Origin: Flavobacteriales bacterium
GTDB taxonomy: Bacteria > Bacteroidota > Bacteroidia > Flavobacteriales_D > Sanyastnellaceae
Direction: 5' to 3'
Length of the DNA: 64,000 nucleotides
NCBI GenBank assembly: GCA_046304755.1
Contig: JBKCDO010000253.1
Span: 15,359-79,358 of the forward strand
The first letter of the stretch is position 1. Each line of letters begins with the position of its first letter. Made by a program: the position numbers and the translations under genes. Below are positions 49,328 through 58,400 of this stretch, one piece after another. The notes beneath the pieces are model-generated. The model saw only the letters and a program-made list of their open reading frames with translations. It was not told where the DNA came from and ran no database searches.

Positions 49328-50014
49328 CTAATTATTGGTACGTGCACCCACGTTCGATTTGAACGGCGTGAAGGAAATTCCAATACCGAAGTTCATGAAG
49401 CCGCCATCGAATGAAGGATTTGGATTGTAATCCATCATGTCGAATTTATATGCCTGTTTGATGTGGCCAATCATGGCAAGGCGAGCAAAAACGGCGGTAT
49501 AGCGATTAAAGTAGTAAGTAGGCATGATGGATCCTACGACGTTGAACATATAGTCGTAAAGAAAAATTGTCTTATCGTATTCACGGTCGAATTTCACTTT
49601 GTTGACCATCGCACCGACCCCAATACCTAAGAAGCCATGAACCTTGAACTTATCTTGCCAAAGTCGCGCAGCATTTTTGAATTCTCCCGATTGACTGAAT
49701 CTGATCTGGAGCAGATCTGCAGAAACTCCGAAACTTGTGCGGAAGTAGTCATTCTTGAAATAGGCTGAACCACTATTAGGTCTGTTCATGTCCATCGACA
49801 ATTCAGAACGGAAGCTGAGATTGGGTTTGAACGCGTAGGAGAAGCCTGCCATAAGATTGTGAAGTGCGGATGATTTGATTGTATGCCCTTCCGTCAATTG
49901 AGAATGATTGAAATGATTACCGGTTGATATATCCAGTTTTAGATTAGCCGGAATAAGTTGTGCCTCAACCTCGAAAAAGCAAATAACAAGAAAAAGGCAG
50001 GTTAGGTATTTCAT
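49328..50014 (-). CDS. small outer-membrane beta-barrel protein embedded in the polysaccharide locus
   Basis: 228-aa ORF. Signal peptide MKYLTCLFLVICFFEVEA|Q and alternating beta pattern with aromatic girdle residues. Confidence 0.55.
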   Translation of the reverse strand: MKYLTCLFLVICFFEVEAQLIPANLKLDISTGNHFNHSQLTEGHTIKSSALHNLMAGFSYAFKPNLSFRSELSMDMNRPNSGSAYFKNDYFRTSFGVSADLLQIRFSQSGEFKNAARLWQDKFKVHGFLGIGVGAMVNKVKFDREYDKTIFLYDYMFNVVGSIMPTYYFNRYTAVFARLAMIGHIKQAYKFDMMDYNPNPSFDGGFMNFGIGISFTPFKSNVGARTNN

Positions 50015-50034
50015 GGCATAAAGGTAATTAATTC

Positions 50035-52359
50035 TTACGACTTCCTTTCGTTGTAATAATTGTACGAGTAGTATTTACCGCGGGGAATCTCAGCGCCGTT
50101 AATGACAATGTGTTGCTGCCTATTGTGCATTGTCCGGCTTAGTGATTCGAGTTGCTTGAGTGTGCTGCGCTTGGAGTAATTCAGACGAATAACCAACAGC
50201 GAGGTGTCGCTGTGTTCGGCAAGAAGTGAGGTGTCTGCTACCAAACCTAGCGGGGCGGTATCAACAATGATCACATCGAAATTGTTTCTTAACGCTTGAA
50301 ACATGGACGCTGTATGTTTCGACATGAGGAGTTCTGCAGGATTAGGAGGCACGATGCCGCAAGCGAAGAACGTGAGATGCGGTATCGTGGTGTTGTCGGT
50401 AGCGAAATCCGTAATACTGCCATTTCCTGTTGCGAGATAGCTACTAATGCCCTCTTTCCTTTTTTCGTTGAAATAATTGAACAAGTTCGGCTTGCGCAGA
50501 TCAAGCTCCAATAAAGCAGTTCGCTGATTGGCAATGGCAAACGATTTGGCCAGATTGAGGGCGGTGAATGATTTTCCCTCTCCGCTGATGGCAGAGGAAA
50601 CCAGGATGACGGATCCATTTTCCTTCTTGTTTCCCAACATAAAATTGATGTTGGTCCGCAGCATTCGGAAAGATTCCGAAATCAGGCTGCGTTTGGAATG
50701 GTCAATGGAGTCGGTTTGTGCATTGCGCTGAAGCGGAATACTGCCTAGAACGCTGCTACTCCAGGGGTCAATTTCTTTTGCTGAACGAATCTTGTCATCA
50801 AAAAAGGCGTAAAGTAAAAACAGCATGAAAGGAAGGAATAGCCCTGCGAGTCCTCCTGAAATGACAATCGCTTTTTTCGAAAGCCCATTGGGCTTGTAGT
50901 CGCTATAGGCGTAGTCAATGACCTTATTGTTGCTAATGGTTGCGGCAAGGGTTATCTCATTCTCCTCCTTTTTCTGGAGCAAGAAAAGATAGAGGGTCTC
51001 CATGATTTTCTGCTGGCGTTGAATCGTACGAAAATCACGGTCGGTGCCCGAAAGATTTCGAAGCTTGGAGTCGATTGAACTGCTCTGAACTTCGAGTTGT
51101 TTGATTTCCAATTCCAATACGGAAAGTTTGTTGCGCAGACTTTCAAGAAGAAACTGGCGGATGTTTTCGAGTTTAGAGACAAGCGTAATTAGCTGAGGAT
51201 TTTTTTCACCTACATTGTTTTGCAGTTGTTGCTTTTCAATGATGAGGGCGTTGTATTGATTAATGCCTGCGTTGATGGTGGGATCATTGAGGCCGATGTT
51301 GGAAGGCAACAGTTCATTCGGATTGGTGATACTTTTTAGGTGGTCATAAACAAAACCACACAATTTGAGTTGAACAGCCGCGGATTGAATCTCAGTCTCG
51401 CGCGCACCTTGTTGATTGAGATAGAGGTAGGCATTGGTGGGAATGTCAGTGATATCACGTTCAATTTTGAAACTTGACTCTTGATTTTCGACCTCATTCA
51501 AATCAGCAGCAATTTCACTCATGCGCGCATTGATGAATTCTGATGTTTTGCGGGCAATTTGATTGTTGTCTTCTATCGCATCGATATCCCGCTGTTTAAA
51601 AAGTGTATTGATGATGTCATTGCTGCGGTCAATGTTTGAACCCGTGAGCGCGACTTCAATAACGGTCGATTCTTTTGTGTGCTGCTCTACAATCAGGTTT
51701 GCTTGCAATTGATCGATAACTGCTGAAACCGGCAACACACGAATGAGGAAGTCCTTTCCAATGAATTCATCATTCATTAATGCGGTGGCTGAGATGGACA
51801 ATCGTCCAACCGGAGTCATAATCGTGTCGCCAAGATTTGCATCAGCGTTGAATTGAGGTTCAGCACATTCGATGTGATAGGTTGTTGCGCTATTCATCGA
51901 CATGTCGAAATGAATCATTTCCGGAAGTGAGTCGATACCGCTCAGAGCTACACGCAATGGCGAGCGCAGGTAAAGATCTTGTTTAAGCAGACCGGTGGTT
52001 TTGCTTAGGGCGAAAAGTTCGGTGTGCAAGCGCAACTCTTCGACCACTTTTCGCAGCAACGTACGCGAACGCAGCAGTTCAATTTCATTGCTGACATTGC
52101 TTTCACCTTTCAGTATTCCCAGATCTTTCAAAACAGAGAGTTCAGATGAACCCTGACTTTGTTGTTCATTCTGAATCATAAGTAATCCACGCGAGGTGTA
52201 ACTCAGCTTTGAATAACGAGAATAGGCCATCGAAACGGCGAGGAAGGCAACAAATATCAATACAAGCCAAATCCAATGGCGTAAGTAAGCCCTTAGCAGG
52301 ATAACCAAACTATCGAGATAATCGATTTGCCTTTCGCCGGTGTTGGGTTGCTGTTCCAT
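50035..52359 (-). CDS. polysaccharide co-polymerase / tyrosine autokinase (Wzc/GumC family)
   Basis: 774-aa ORF. Wzz-like N-terminal TM region, long periplasmic coiled coil and a second TM. Cytoplasmic BY-kinase with Walker A SAISGEGKS and Walker B IVDTAP. C-terminal Tyr cluster KYYSYNYYNE. Confidence 0.9.
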   Translation of the reverse strand: MEQQPNTGERQIDYLDSLVILLRAYLRHWIWLVLIFVAFLAVSMAYSRYSKLSYTSRGLLMIQNEQQSQGSSELSVLKDLGILKGESNVSNEIELLRSRTLLRKVVEELRLHTELFALSKTTGLLKQDLYLRSPLRVALSGIDSLPEMIHFDMSMNSATTYHIECAEPQFNADANLGDTIMTPVGRLSISATALMNDEFIGKDFLIRVLPVSAVIDQLQANLIVEQHTKESTVIEVALTGSNIDRSNDIINTLFKQRDIDAIEDNNQIARKTSEFINARMSEIAADLNEVENQESSFKIERDITDIPTNAYLYLNQQGARETEIQSAAVQLKLCGFVYDHLKSITNPNELLPSNIGLNDPTINAGINQYNALIIEKQQLQNNVGEKNPQLITLVSKLENIRQFLLESLRNKLSVLELEIKQLEVQSSSIDSKLRNLSGTDRDFRTIQRQQKIMETLYLFLLQKKEENEITLAATISNNKVIDYAYSDYKPNGLSKKAIVISGGLAGLFLPFMLFLLYAFFDDKIRSAKEIDPWSSSVLGSIPLQRNAQTDSIDHSKRSLISESFRMLRTNINFMLGNKKENGSVILVSSAISGEGKSFTALNLAKSFAIANQRTALLELDLRKPNLFNYFNEKRKEGISSYLATGNGSITDFATDNTTIPHLTFFACGIVPPNPAELLMSKHTASMFQALRNNFDVIIVDTAPLGLVADTSLLAEHSDTSLLVIRLNYSKRSTLKQLESLSRTMHNRQQHIVINGAEIPRGKYYSYNYYNERKS

Positions 52360-52362
52360 AGG

Positions 52363-53166
52363 TTATTTGAAGAGTAAGAATGCAGTCAGAATAACCGATA
52401 TCAGCGGAATCGCTACGGTGCTGCTGTTTTTCAGCAACGTGGAAGAGAATCGTGCAGCAGCGTTAGGCTCTACATACACCACGTCATTTTGCTTTAGGTA
52501 ATAGACCGGAGATTCTAGCAGTGTCGCCTGTGTTAAATCAACCCGATACTCGACGGATTTGCCGTTTTCATTGCGCAGCACAAGCACGTTGTTGCGCACG
52601 CCTGTGATGTTTAAGTCACCGGCAACGCCAAGGGCTTCCAGCAAAGTGATGCGTTCGTTTGGCACATTGAATGTGCCCGGTTTTTTCACATCTCCGAGTA
52701 CGGTAACTTTAAAATTGAGAATACGGATATGCACCACAGGGTTTTCCAGATACGCGGTGAGTAATTCGCGCAATTGAGCACACGCTTCGTTGCGCGTCTT
52801 ACCTGCTACGGTCACACCGCCTATTACCGGCATTACAATTTGGCCCTTGTCATCAACAAGGTAACCCAGTTGAGCGGGAATACCGTTTTCGTAGCCGTTA
52901 TTGATGGTTTGCGGTGCGGCATTCGCCGGCAGATTGAAGGGAACCGCCAATAATGGATCATTGCAGGTAACAAAGACCGAAATAAAATCTCCTGCTTCCA
53001 ATGTAGGCGAAGAATAGGCGCGTTCAGCCGAAGGTTTCGACGCGTTGAAGTAAACAACCTTTTCACGCGTGGAGCAACTGCTCAAAAAAAGAATCAAAAG
53101 TGTCGTGAAAAAAAAGGTTAGACGAAGACGGTTGTCGTTAGTCGGTATTAGGGTGTGGTGAGGCAT
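52363..53166 (-). CDS. polysaccharide export outer-membrane lipoprotein (Wza family)
   Basis: 267-aa ORF. Lipobox FLSSC, Poly_export motif (GDFISVFV...) and an SLBB-like segment (VTVLGDVKKPGTF). Confidence 0.85.
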   Translation of the reverse strand: MPHHTLIPTNDNRLRLTFFFTTLLILFLSSCSTREKVVYFNASKPSAERAYSSPTLEAGDFISVFVTCNDPLLAVPFNLPANAAPQTINNGYENGIPAQLGYLVDDKGQIVMPVIGGVTVAGKTRNEACAQLRELLTAYLENPVVHIRILNFKVTVLGDVKKPGTFNVPNERITLLEALGVAGDLNITGVRNNVLVLRNENGKSVEYRVDLTQATLLESPVYYLKQNDVVYVEPNAAARFSSTLLKNSSTVAIPLISVILTAFLLFK

Positions 53167-53174
53167 GGTTAAAC

Positions 53175-54206
53175 TCAGGCACTGCGTATTTTGTTGAACG
53201 CAATGTTTTTCACAGCCAAAAATAGATATTTGATATCGGTGTATAAAGGACTTTTTTGCTTCTCCTTGAAGTAAATGCGCTCAGCTTCGATGTTGCTTTT
53301 CTCGTCGCCCATCAGCAATGCGACATAAGGCGGAAAACAACCTGGCTTGTATTGAGTCCTGAGCTTTTGAAGATCCTCGGGAAATTGATTAAATCGCGCT
53401 TGGCTGAGCGGTCGGGCTCCCACCAGGCGCATATCACCCTTGAGAACGTTCAGCAGCTGAGGCAATTCATCCAGCCATATTTTTCGCATGTAAGCACCGT
53501 ACGAAAGCACCCGAAAGTCATTTGCTATTTTTCCTTTTCCCTGATTATCGTAACCATGGTGTTGGATCATGAAGTCTTGCAAGTACTCCGAATACGGGTG
53601 CATGGTTCTAATCTTATAAACCATGATTGTCTTTCCATATCGACCTACACGCGGCATGCGGTAAATGGCACCATAGCTAGGCCTTGTATGTAAGTATTTC
53701 TTTTTCGATTTGGAAACCGTAATCGTATGTTGCTTTCCATTGTTTTCGATGGATTCAATATTAAACCCACAATAGACAAGTCTACCCAATATTTCAGCCT
53801 TCGACATCACCAGCCTTCGATGCCCTGTGGTGAATTCGTAGATAGCACGGGTAGGTTTGATTTTCGCTGCGATGCGATGTACGAGAAACAGATAAAGCCA
53901 GCCAATAATCCACACGCCGGGCAGTCGCTGCTTCATCTGCTGTCTGCGGTTATCCAATGTAACACAATGCACCACGAGTCTTCCGTTTGCGGGAAGTTGT
54001 TTGTGCTTTTCAATCAGTAATCTATTGAGGTGAGGGATACGATTGACTGGGTCTCCGAGTTCGATGAAGTAGGGCGCAGGCGCCGGTGGTCCATCGATGA
54101 GCTTTCGGGTGAAAACACGGGAACTGCCCTGCTCGTTAGGAGCGGGTTGCAAGGATCCGAATGCATTTTCAATCGTCATCAGCTGTGGTCGTTCAAGGGA
54201 ATTCAC
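53175..54206 (-). CDS. initiating polyprenyl-phosphate sugar-phosphate transferase (Bac_transf domain) with atypical N-terminal domain
   Basis: 343-aa ORF. C-terminal half has Bac_transf motifs (RVGRYGK.I.VYKIRTM, LDELPQLLNVLKGDMRLVGARP). The N-terminal ~190 aa has a single TM helix and no recognised motif. Confidence 0.8.
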   Translation of the reverse strand: MNSLERPQLMTIENAFGSLQPAPNEQGSSRVFTRKLIDGPPAPAPYFIELGDPVNRIPHLNRLLIEKHKQLPANGRLVVHCVTLDNRRQQMKQRLPGVWIIGWLYLFLVHRIAAKIKPTRAIYEFTTGHRRLVMSKAEILGRLVYCGFNIESIENNGKQHTITVSKSKKKYLHTRPSYGAIYRMPRVGRYGKTIMVYKIRTMHPYSEYLQDFMIQHHGYDNQGKGKIANDFRVLSYGAYMRKIWLDELPQLLNVLKGDMRLVGARPLSQARFNQFPEDLQKLRTQYKPGCFPPYVALLMGDEKSNIEAERIYFKEKQKSPLYTDIKYLFLAVKNIAFNKIRSA

Positions 54207-54494
54207 AGCAAACTATCGAAGACGAGAAATCTTCGGTTAGCATACTGCGCATTGCCTCCGGGTTAGGCGCCGGTTTTTGTTTTTCGGGGTGGAGAAACAA
54301 AATAGGTCGTGGCCATCAGTCTTCCTCTTCTAAAAGCGGAATGTTCCAAAGATAGAAACAAAACTTTCGCACAGCAATTTTGATTTTCATGAAAGTTATC
54401 CCAAGACATGCGCATGCGGTTGTGAACATCTTGATATTTTAACTTTCAATGAGTATTTCACCACCACTAATTTGCGCTCAAATCAAATTGAATC

Positions 54495-55178
54495 ATGATC
54501 AATAGAAAAGAGTTTAGGAAATACGCCACGAGCAATCACGGCATCAGTGGCACTGTGGTAGACGACGTAATTAGTCATGTCTATGGTGCGGAAAATATGA
54601 CACGCACGGTCATCGAAGAACGTAACATGCCTTTCCGTGAGGTTGACGTGTTTTCGCGATTGATGGCTGATCGCATTATTTTCCTGGGAACGGAAATCGA
54701 CGATTATATCGCTAACATCGTCCAGGCGCAGTTGCTCTTTTTGGAAAGCGCGGATGCTAAAAAGGATATTCAGATTTACATCAATTCTCCGGGAGGCAGT
54801 GTTTACGCCGGTTTAGGAATCTACGATACCATGCAATACATCAATCCCCATGTTGCTACTATTTGCACCGGCATGGCTGCAAGTATGGGTGCTGTGTTGC
54901 TTTGTGCCGGTGAAGCCGGTAAGCGCACGGGACTCAAGCATGCGCGCGTGATGATTCACCAACCTCTTGGCGGAGCGCGCGGACAAGCGAGCGATATTGA
55001 AATCACCGCCCGCGAAATTCAGAAGCTGAAGAGGGAACTCTACGAAATTATCGCGAGTCACAGCGGTAAGCCTTACGATCAGGTGTGGGCAGATAGCGAC
55101 CGCGATTACTGGATGATCGCATCTGAAGCTAAGGAGTATGGAATGATTGATGAAGTACTCGATAAGAAAAAAGCATAA
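54495..55178 (+). CDS. clpP: ATP-dependent Clp protease proteolytic subunit
   Basis: 227-aa ORF. IIFLG...I..INSPGGSV, catalytic Ser context GMAASMGA, and His context MIHQPLGG. Confidence 0.95.
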   Translation: MINRKEFRKYATSNHGISGTVVDDVISHVYGAENMTRTVIEERNMPFREVDVFSRLMADRIIFLGTEIDDYIANIVQAQLLFLESADAKKDIQIYINSPGGSVYAGLGIYDTMQYINPHVATICTGMAASMGAVLLCAGEAGKRTGLKHARVMIHQPLGGARGQASDIEITAREIQKLKRELYEIIASHSGKPYDQVWADSDRDYWMIASEAKEYGMIDEVLDKKKA

Positions 55179-55194
55179 TCAAAAATTGCATCCT

Positions 55195-55227
55195 AAAAAT
55201 GGCGTCCGATGAGACGCCATTTTTTTT
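55195..55227 (+). terminator. rho-independent terminator after clpP
   Basis: ATGGCGTC-cgatga-GACGCCAT (perfect 8-bp stem) followed by a U-run that starts with the last stem base (TTTTTTTT, 55220..55227). Confidence 0.85.
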
Positions 55228-55465
55228 GCCGTTCGGTAGGCTTTTAACAATAATGTCCATTGCGAACGTGAGAAATATTTTCTCGAGTATTGAACATCGT
55301 CGTTCGCAATGCCTCATTTGGCGTGTATTTCATGATGCCTGTCAGTTGGTTGATAAGATTGAAACGAGGTCATTTTTCTGCCTCTGAAATCGAAGTTGAT
55401 TTGAATGTCGAAGTATGTTTTTGAAAACATGCCCAGACCAATTTACCAACCCTAATTTTTTCTAC

Positions 55466-58400
55466 ATGTTATCAATTAACCAAGCTTTAAAGCATTCCTC
55501 TATTGGATGGAGTTCTGCTTTTGTGTTGATTTTCTCTATCCTCACTACCAGTGTATTTGCTCAGCCGGTATTTCAAAATGTCGGTGCTGATCAGACTATT
55601 GCCTGTGGTGAGGTTTTGCCTGATTTTGATGGTGTGACCGCCGTAAGTAATTGCGAAGGTCCTGTGCAAGTGAGTTCGATTGTCTATGAATCAGGCAATC
55701 AGACGCAATCGTGTGCTGTGTCTACTGCATTTGGTCCCGGAATCGACTGGGCTGTGTGGCTTCCATTGCTTGATGCTCCCTCGGTGGCCTGGAATTTTAT
55801 CGGTGACCAGCAGTTGACTTTCTATGGGAATGGTACAGGTCGTTTGACAGGAACCATTCAAAACTCCGTCAATTCCAATTGGCAGATGACCATTGAAGTT
55901 TGGTTCGAAAACGGACGCAACTGGACCGATTGGTCTTCATTGGGTCGCGGCTATAAAAATGATCTTGGTCTTGCTGCAGCCAATTATCTCGATTGGATGT
56001 ATTATGAGCTCAACCCTACATTTTCACACATGACCGGTATTGGTGCATTGGACGGTAGCGAACTCAGCCTTACGCACCTTCCCGCCAATTACTATTTCGG
56101 TTTTCAGGTTGGTGTAGCCTCCAACAATAAAAATGGAAATGATGGTATGAGCGGCTGGTTTGCTTATTCCGGAACATTCAACGGTGAAGCAGTAACCGGT
56201 AACGGCGACGTGAATATTGATCGCTCTTGTCAGAACAATGAGCAGGAATGCGGCAGTACTGCTTTCACAGCGGTTTATCGCGCGGAAGACGCTTGTGGAA
56301 ATGTTGCTTTTGAAGAGCGAGTGATTACTATAGTTGACAATGCAGCACCTGTAATTGATGCAGTTGAAAGTCCTATCTTCATTAGCTGTAGTCAACAGAC
56401 TAATATTTTCATTTCAGCGACAGATGCTTGTTCATCTGTTGAAATCACCTTTACGGATGTGGTAGAACAAGCCGGTTGTCCCGGTCTGATTACGCGTAAC
56501 TATACCGTTGCTGACGCTTGTAATAATACCTCACAGGCCAGCCAGCAAATCTACTTAGTTGAGGAAGGAACACTCGAGTTTACAGTCTTCCCTGCTGATA
56601 CCATGGTGAGCTGCACGGATGCATTGACATTAAATCCTGTAATCGAATACAGTCAGGTGTGCTTCAATACGCAGTTGACGCAATCGGAAGTGATTGAGGC
56701 CGGAAATTGTCCTGCCAACTACACCTTGATTCGCACGTATTCTCTGAGTGATGCATGCGGAAACACGGCTTCACAGGTTTGGACAGTAAGCGTCTCTGAC
56801 ATGGATGCACCTCAATTTACTGCTGTCGCCGAAGATTTGGAATTGACTTGCGGTGAAGAAGCCGTCGTGAATGAGCCCACCGTGTTTGATGCATGCAGTG
56901 AAGTGACCGTAAGCTCAAGCCAGGTCACGCAGCCGTTGACGTGTGCTTACGAAGTGGTGACCACCTGGACTGCGACAGATGCATGCGGTAACAGTGCTAC
57001 TGCAGAACAAACGACTACCTATATCGATGATGTTGATCCTGAATTCTCGTTTATTCCTGAATCTGTTACAATCAATTGTGGTGAACCATTCGTACTGGAC
57101 ACAGCTGAAGTTGCTGATGGTTGCTCTGAGGTGACCTTGGCGTGGACCGATGAGCCTTTGTACGATTGCGCCGGCAGTTACATCCGTATCTGGAGAGCAT
57201 TCGATGGCTGTGGCAATCAAGCGCTCGAATCGACTATCGTTACCTTTATCGATACGCAAGCTCCAACGCTGGTGGGTATTCCGGAGTCGAACAATGGCTC
57301 TTGCGGAAGTCCGGATTTTGATGCCAACGTGACGGCTGTCGATAATTGTGATCAAGAGCCAACCGTTACCATTGATGTTGTGTCTGTTCCCGGCAATTGC
57401 GGAAGCATCGCAACATACATGTGGACAGCAACAGACGCCTGCGGAAACACAGCAACACAGACACGTACTTACAACTTGACCGATGATTTGGGTCCTGATT
57501 TCGGTAGCGCCTTGGATACCGCTTATGCTATTTGCGGAGATGCTTCGTCTTTGTTGAATATTCAGGCACCGGAAGTTACAGACGCTTGCTCAGAGGTAAC
57601 AAGCGTAACATTTTCCGATACAGAGACCGCTGCTGATTGCGGAAGTCTGATTGTGAGAACCTACACGGCTACTGATGGCTGTGGTAATACGTCGTCGGCA
57701 GATCAAGTTATCGTTTTGGCAGATAATACGCCTCCTGTTTTTGTATCGACGCCTCAGGATGTGCTTGCTACATGCGGTGGTACTGATGAAAACACCGAGC
57801 TTCCGGTTGTTACGGATGATTGTTCAGAGGTGACCATCACCTACACCGATGAAGTTATTACCAGCGAAGGCTGCAGCGGAACTTTGTTGCGTCAATGGAT
57901 AGCAACGGATGCTTGCGGCAATGTCGCGACTGCTCAGCAAACAATTGCCTACACAGACAATAGCGCTCCGGTGATCGTTTCTGCTCCTGAGGATCTCACG
58001 GCGAGCTGCAGTGATGTTCCTGAAGTTGATTTGACTGCTATTGTTTTTGAAGACAATTGCAGCAATGCAACGGTGAGCGTTACTGAGAATCTCATTCCCG
58101 GTTTCTGCCCCGGTGGCTATAACATTGAGCGTATCTGGACAGTTACAGATGCGTGCGGAAACAGTGTTACCGCAACCCAGTTCGTTTATGTTGTGGATGA
58201 AGAAGCGCCTGTATTGACCGGCGTTCCGGTGGATGCTTCAATTGTGTGTGGCTCTGAACTTGAAATCTCAGATGTAAGTGCAACGGATAACTGCACTGCC
58301 TCCGAGGATATAACGATCACCGTGGTGGATGAACTCTTGTCAGCCTCGTGTGGTAGTATTATTCAACGTATATACTCGGCCTCTGATGCTTGTGGAAACA

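Noticed and set aside
54385-54416. Two 10-bp palindromes (TTTCATGAAA at 54385..54394 and CATGCGCATG at 54407..54416) in the divergent region between the polysaccharide operon and clpP.
   Set aside because: A perfect 10-bp palindrome is expected about once per kb by chance (4^-5 per position), so they are not significant on their own. They are only worth revisiting if conserved in relatives.
55199-55387. 62-aa plus-strand ORF downstream of clpP.
   Set aside because: Its start codon and first residues are translated from the clpP terminator hairpin and U-tract, and it has no coding-like features.
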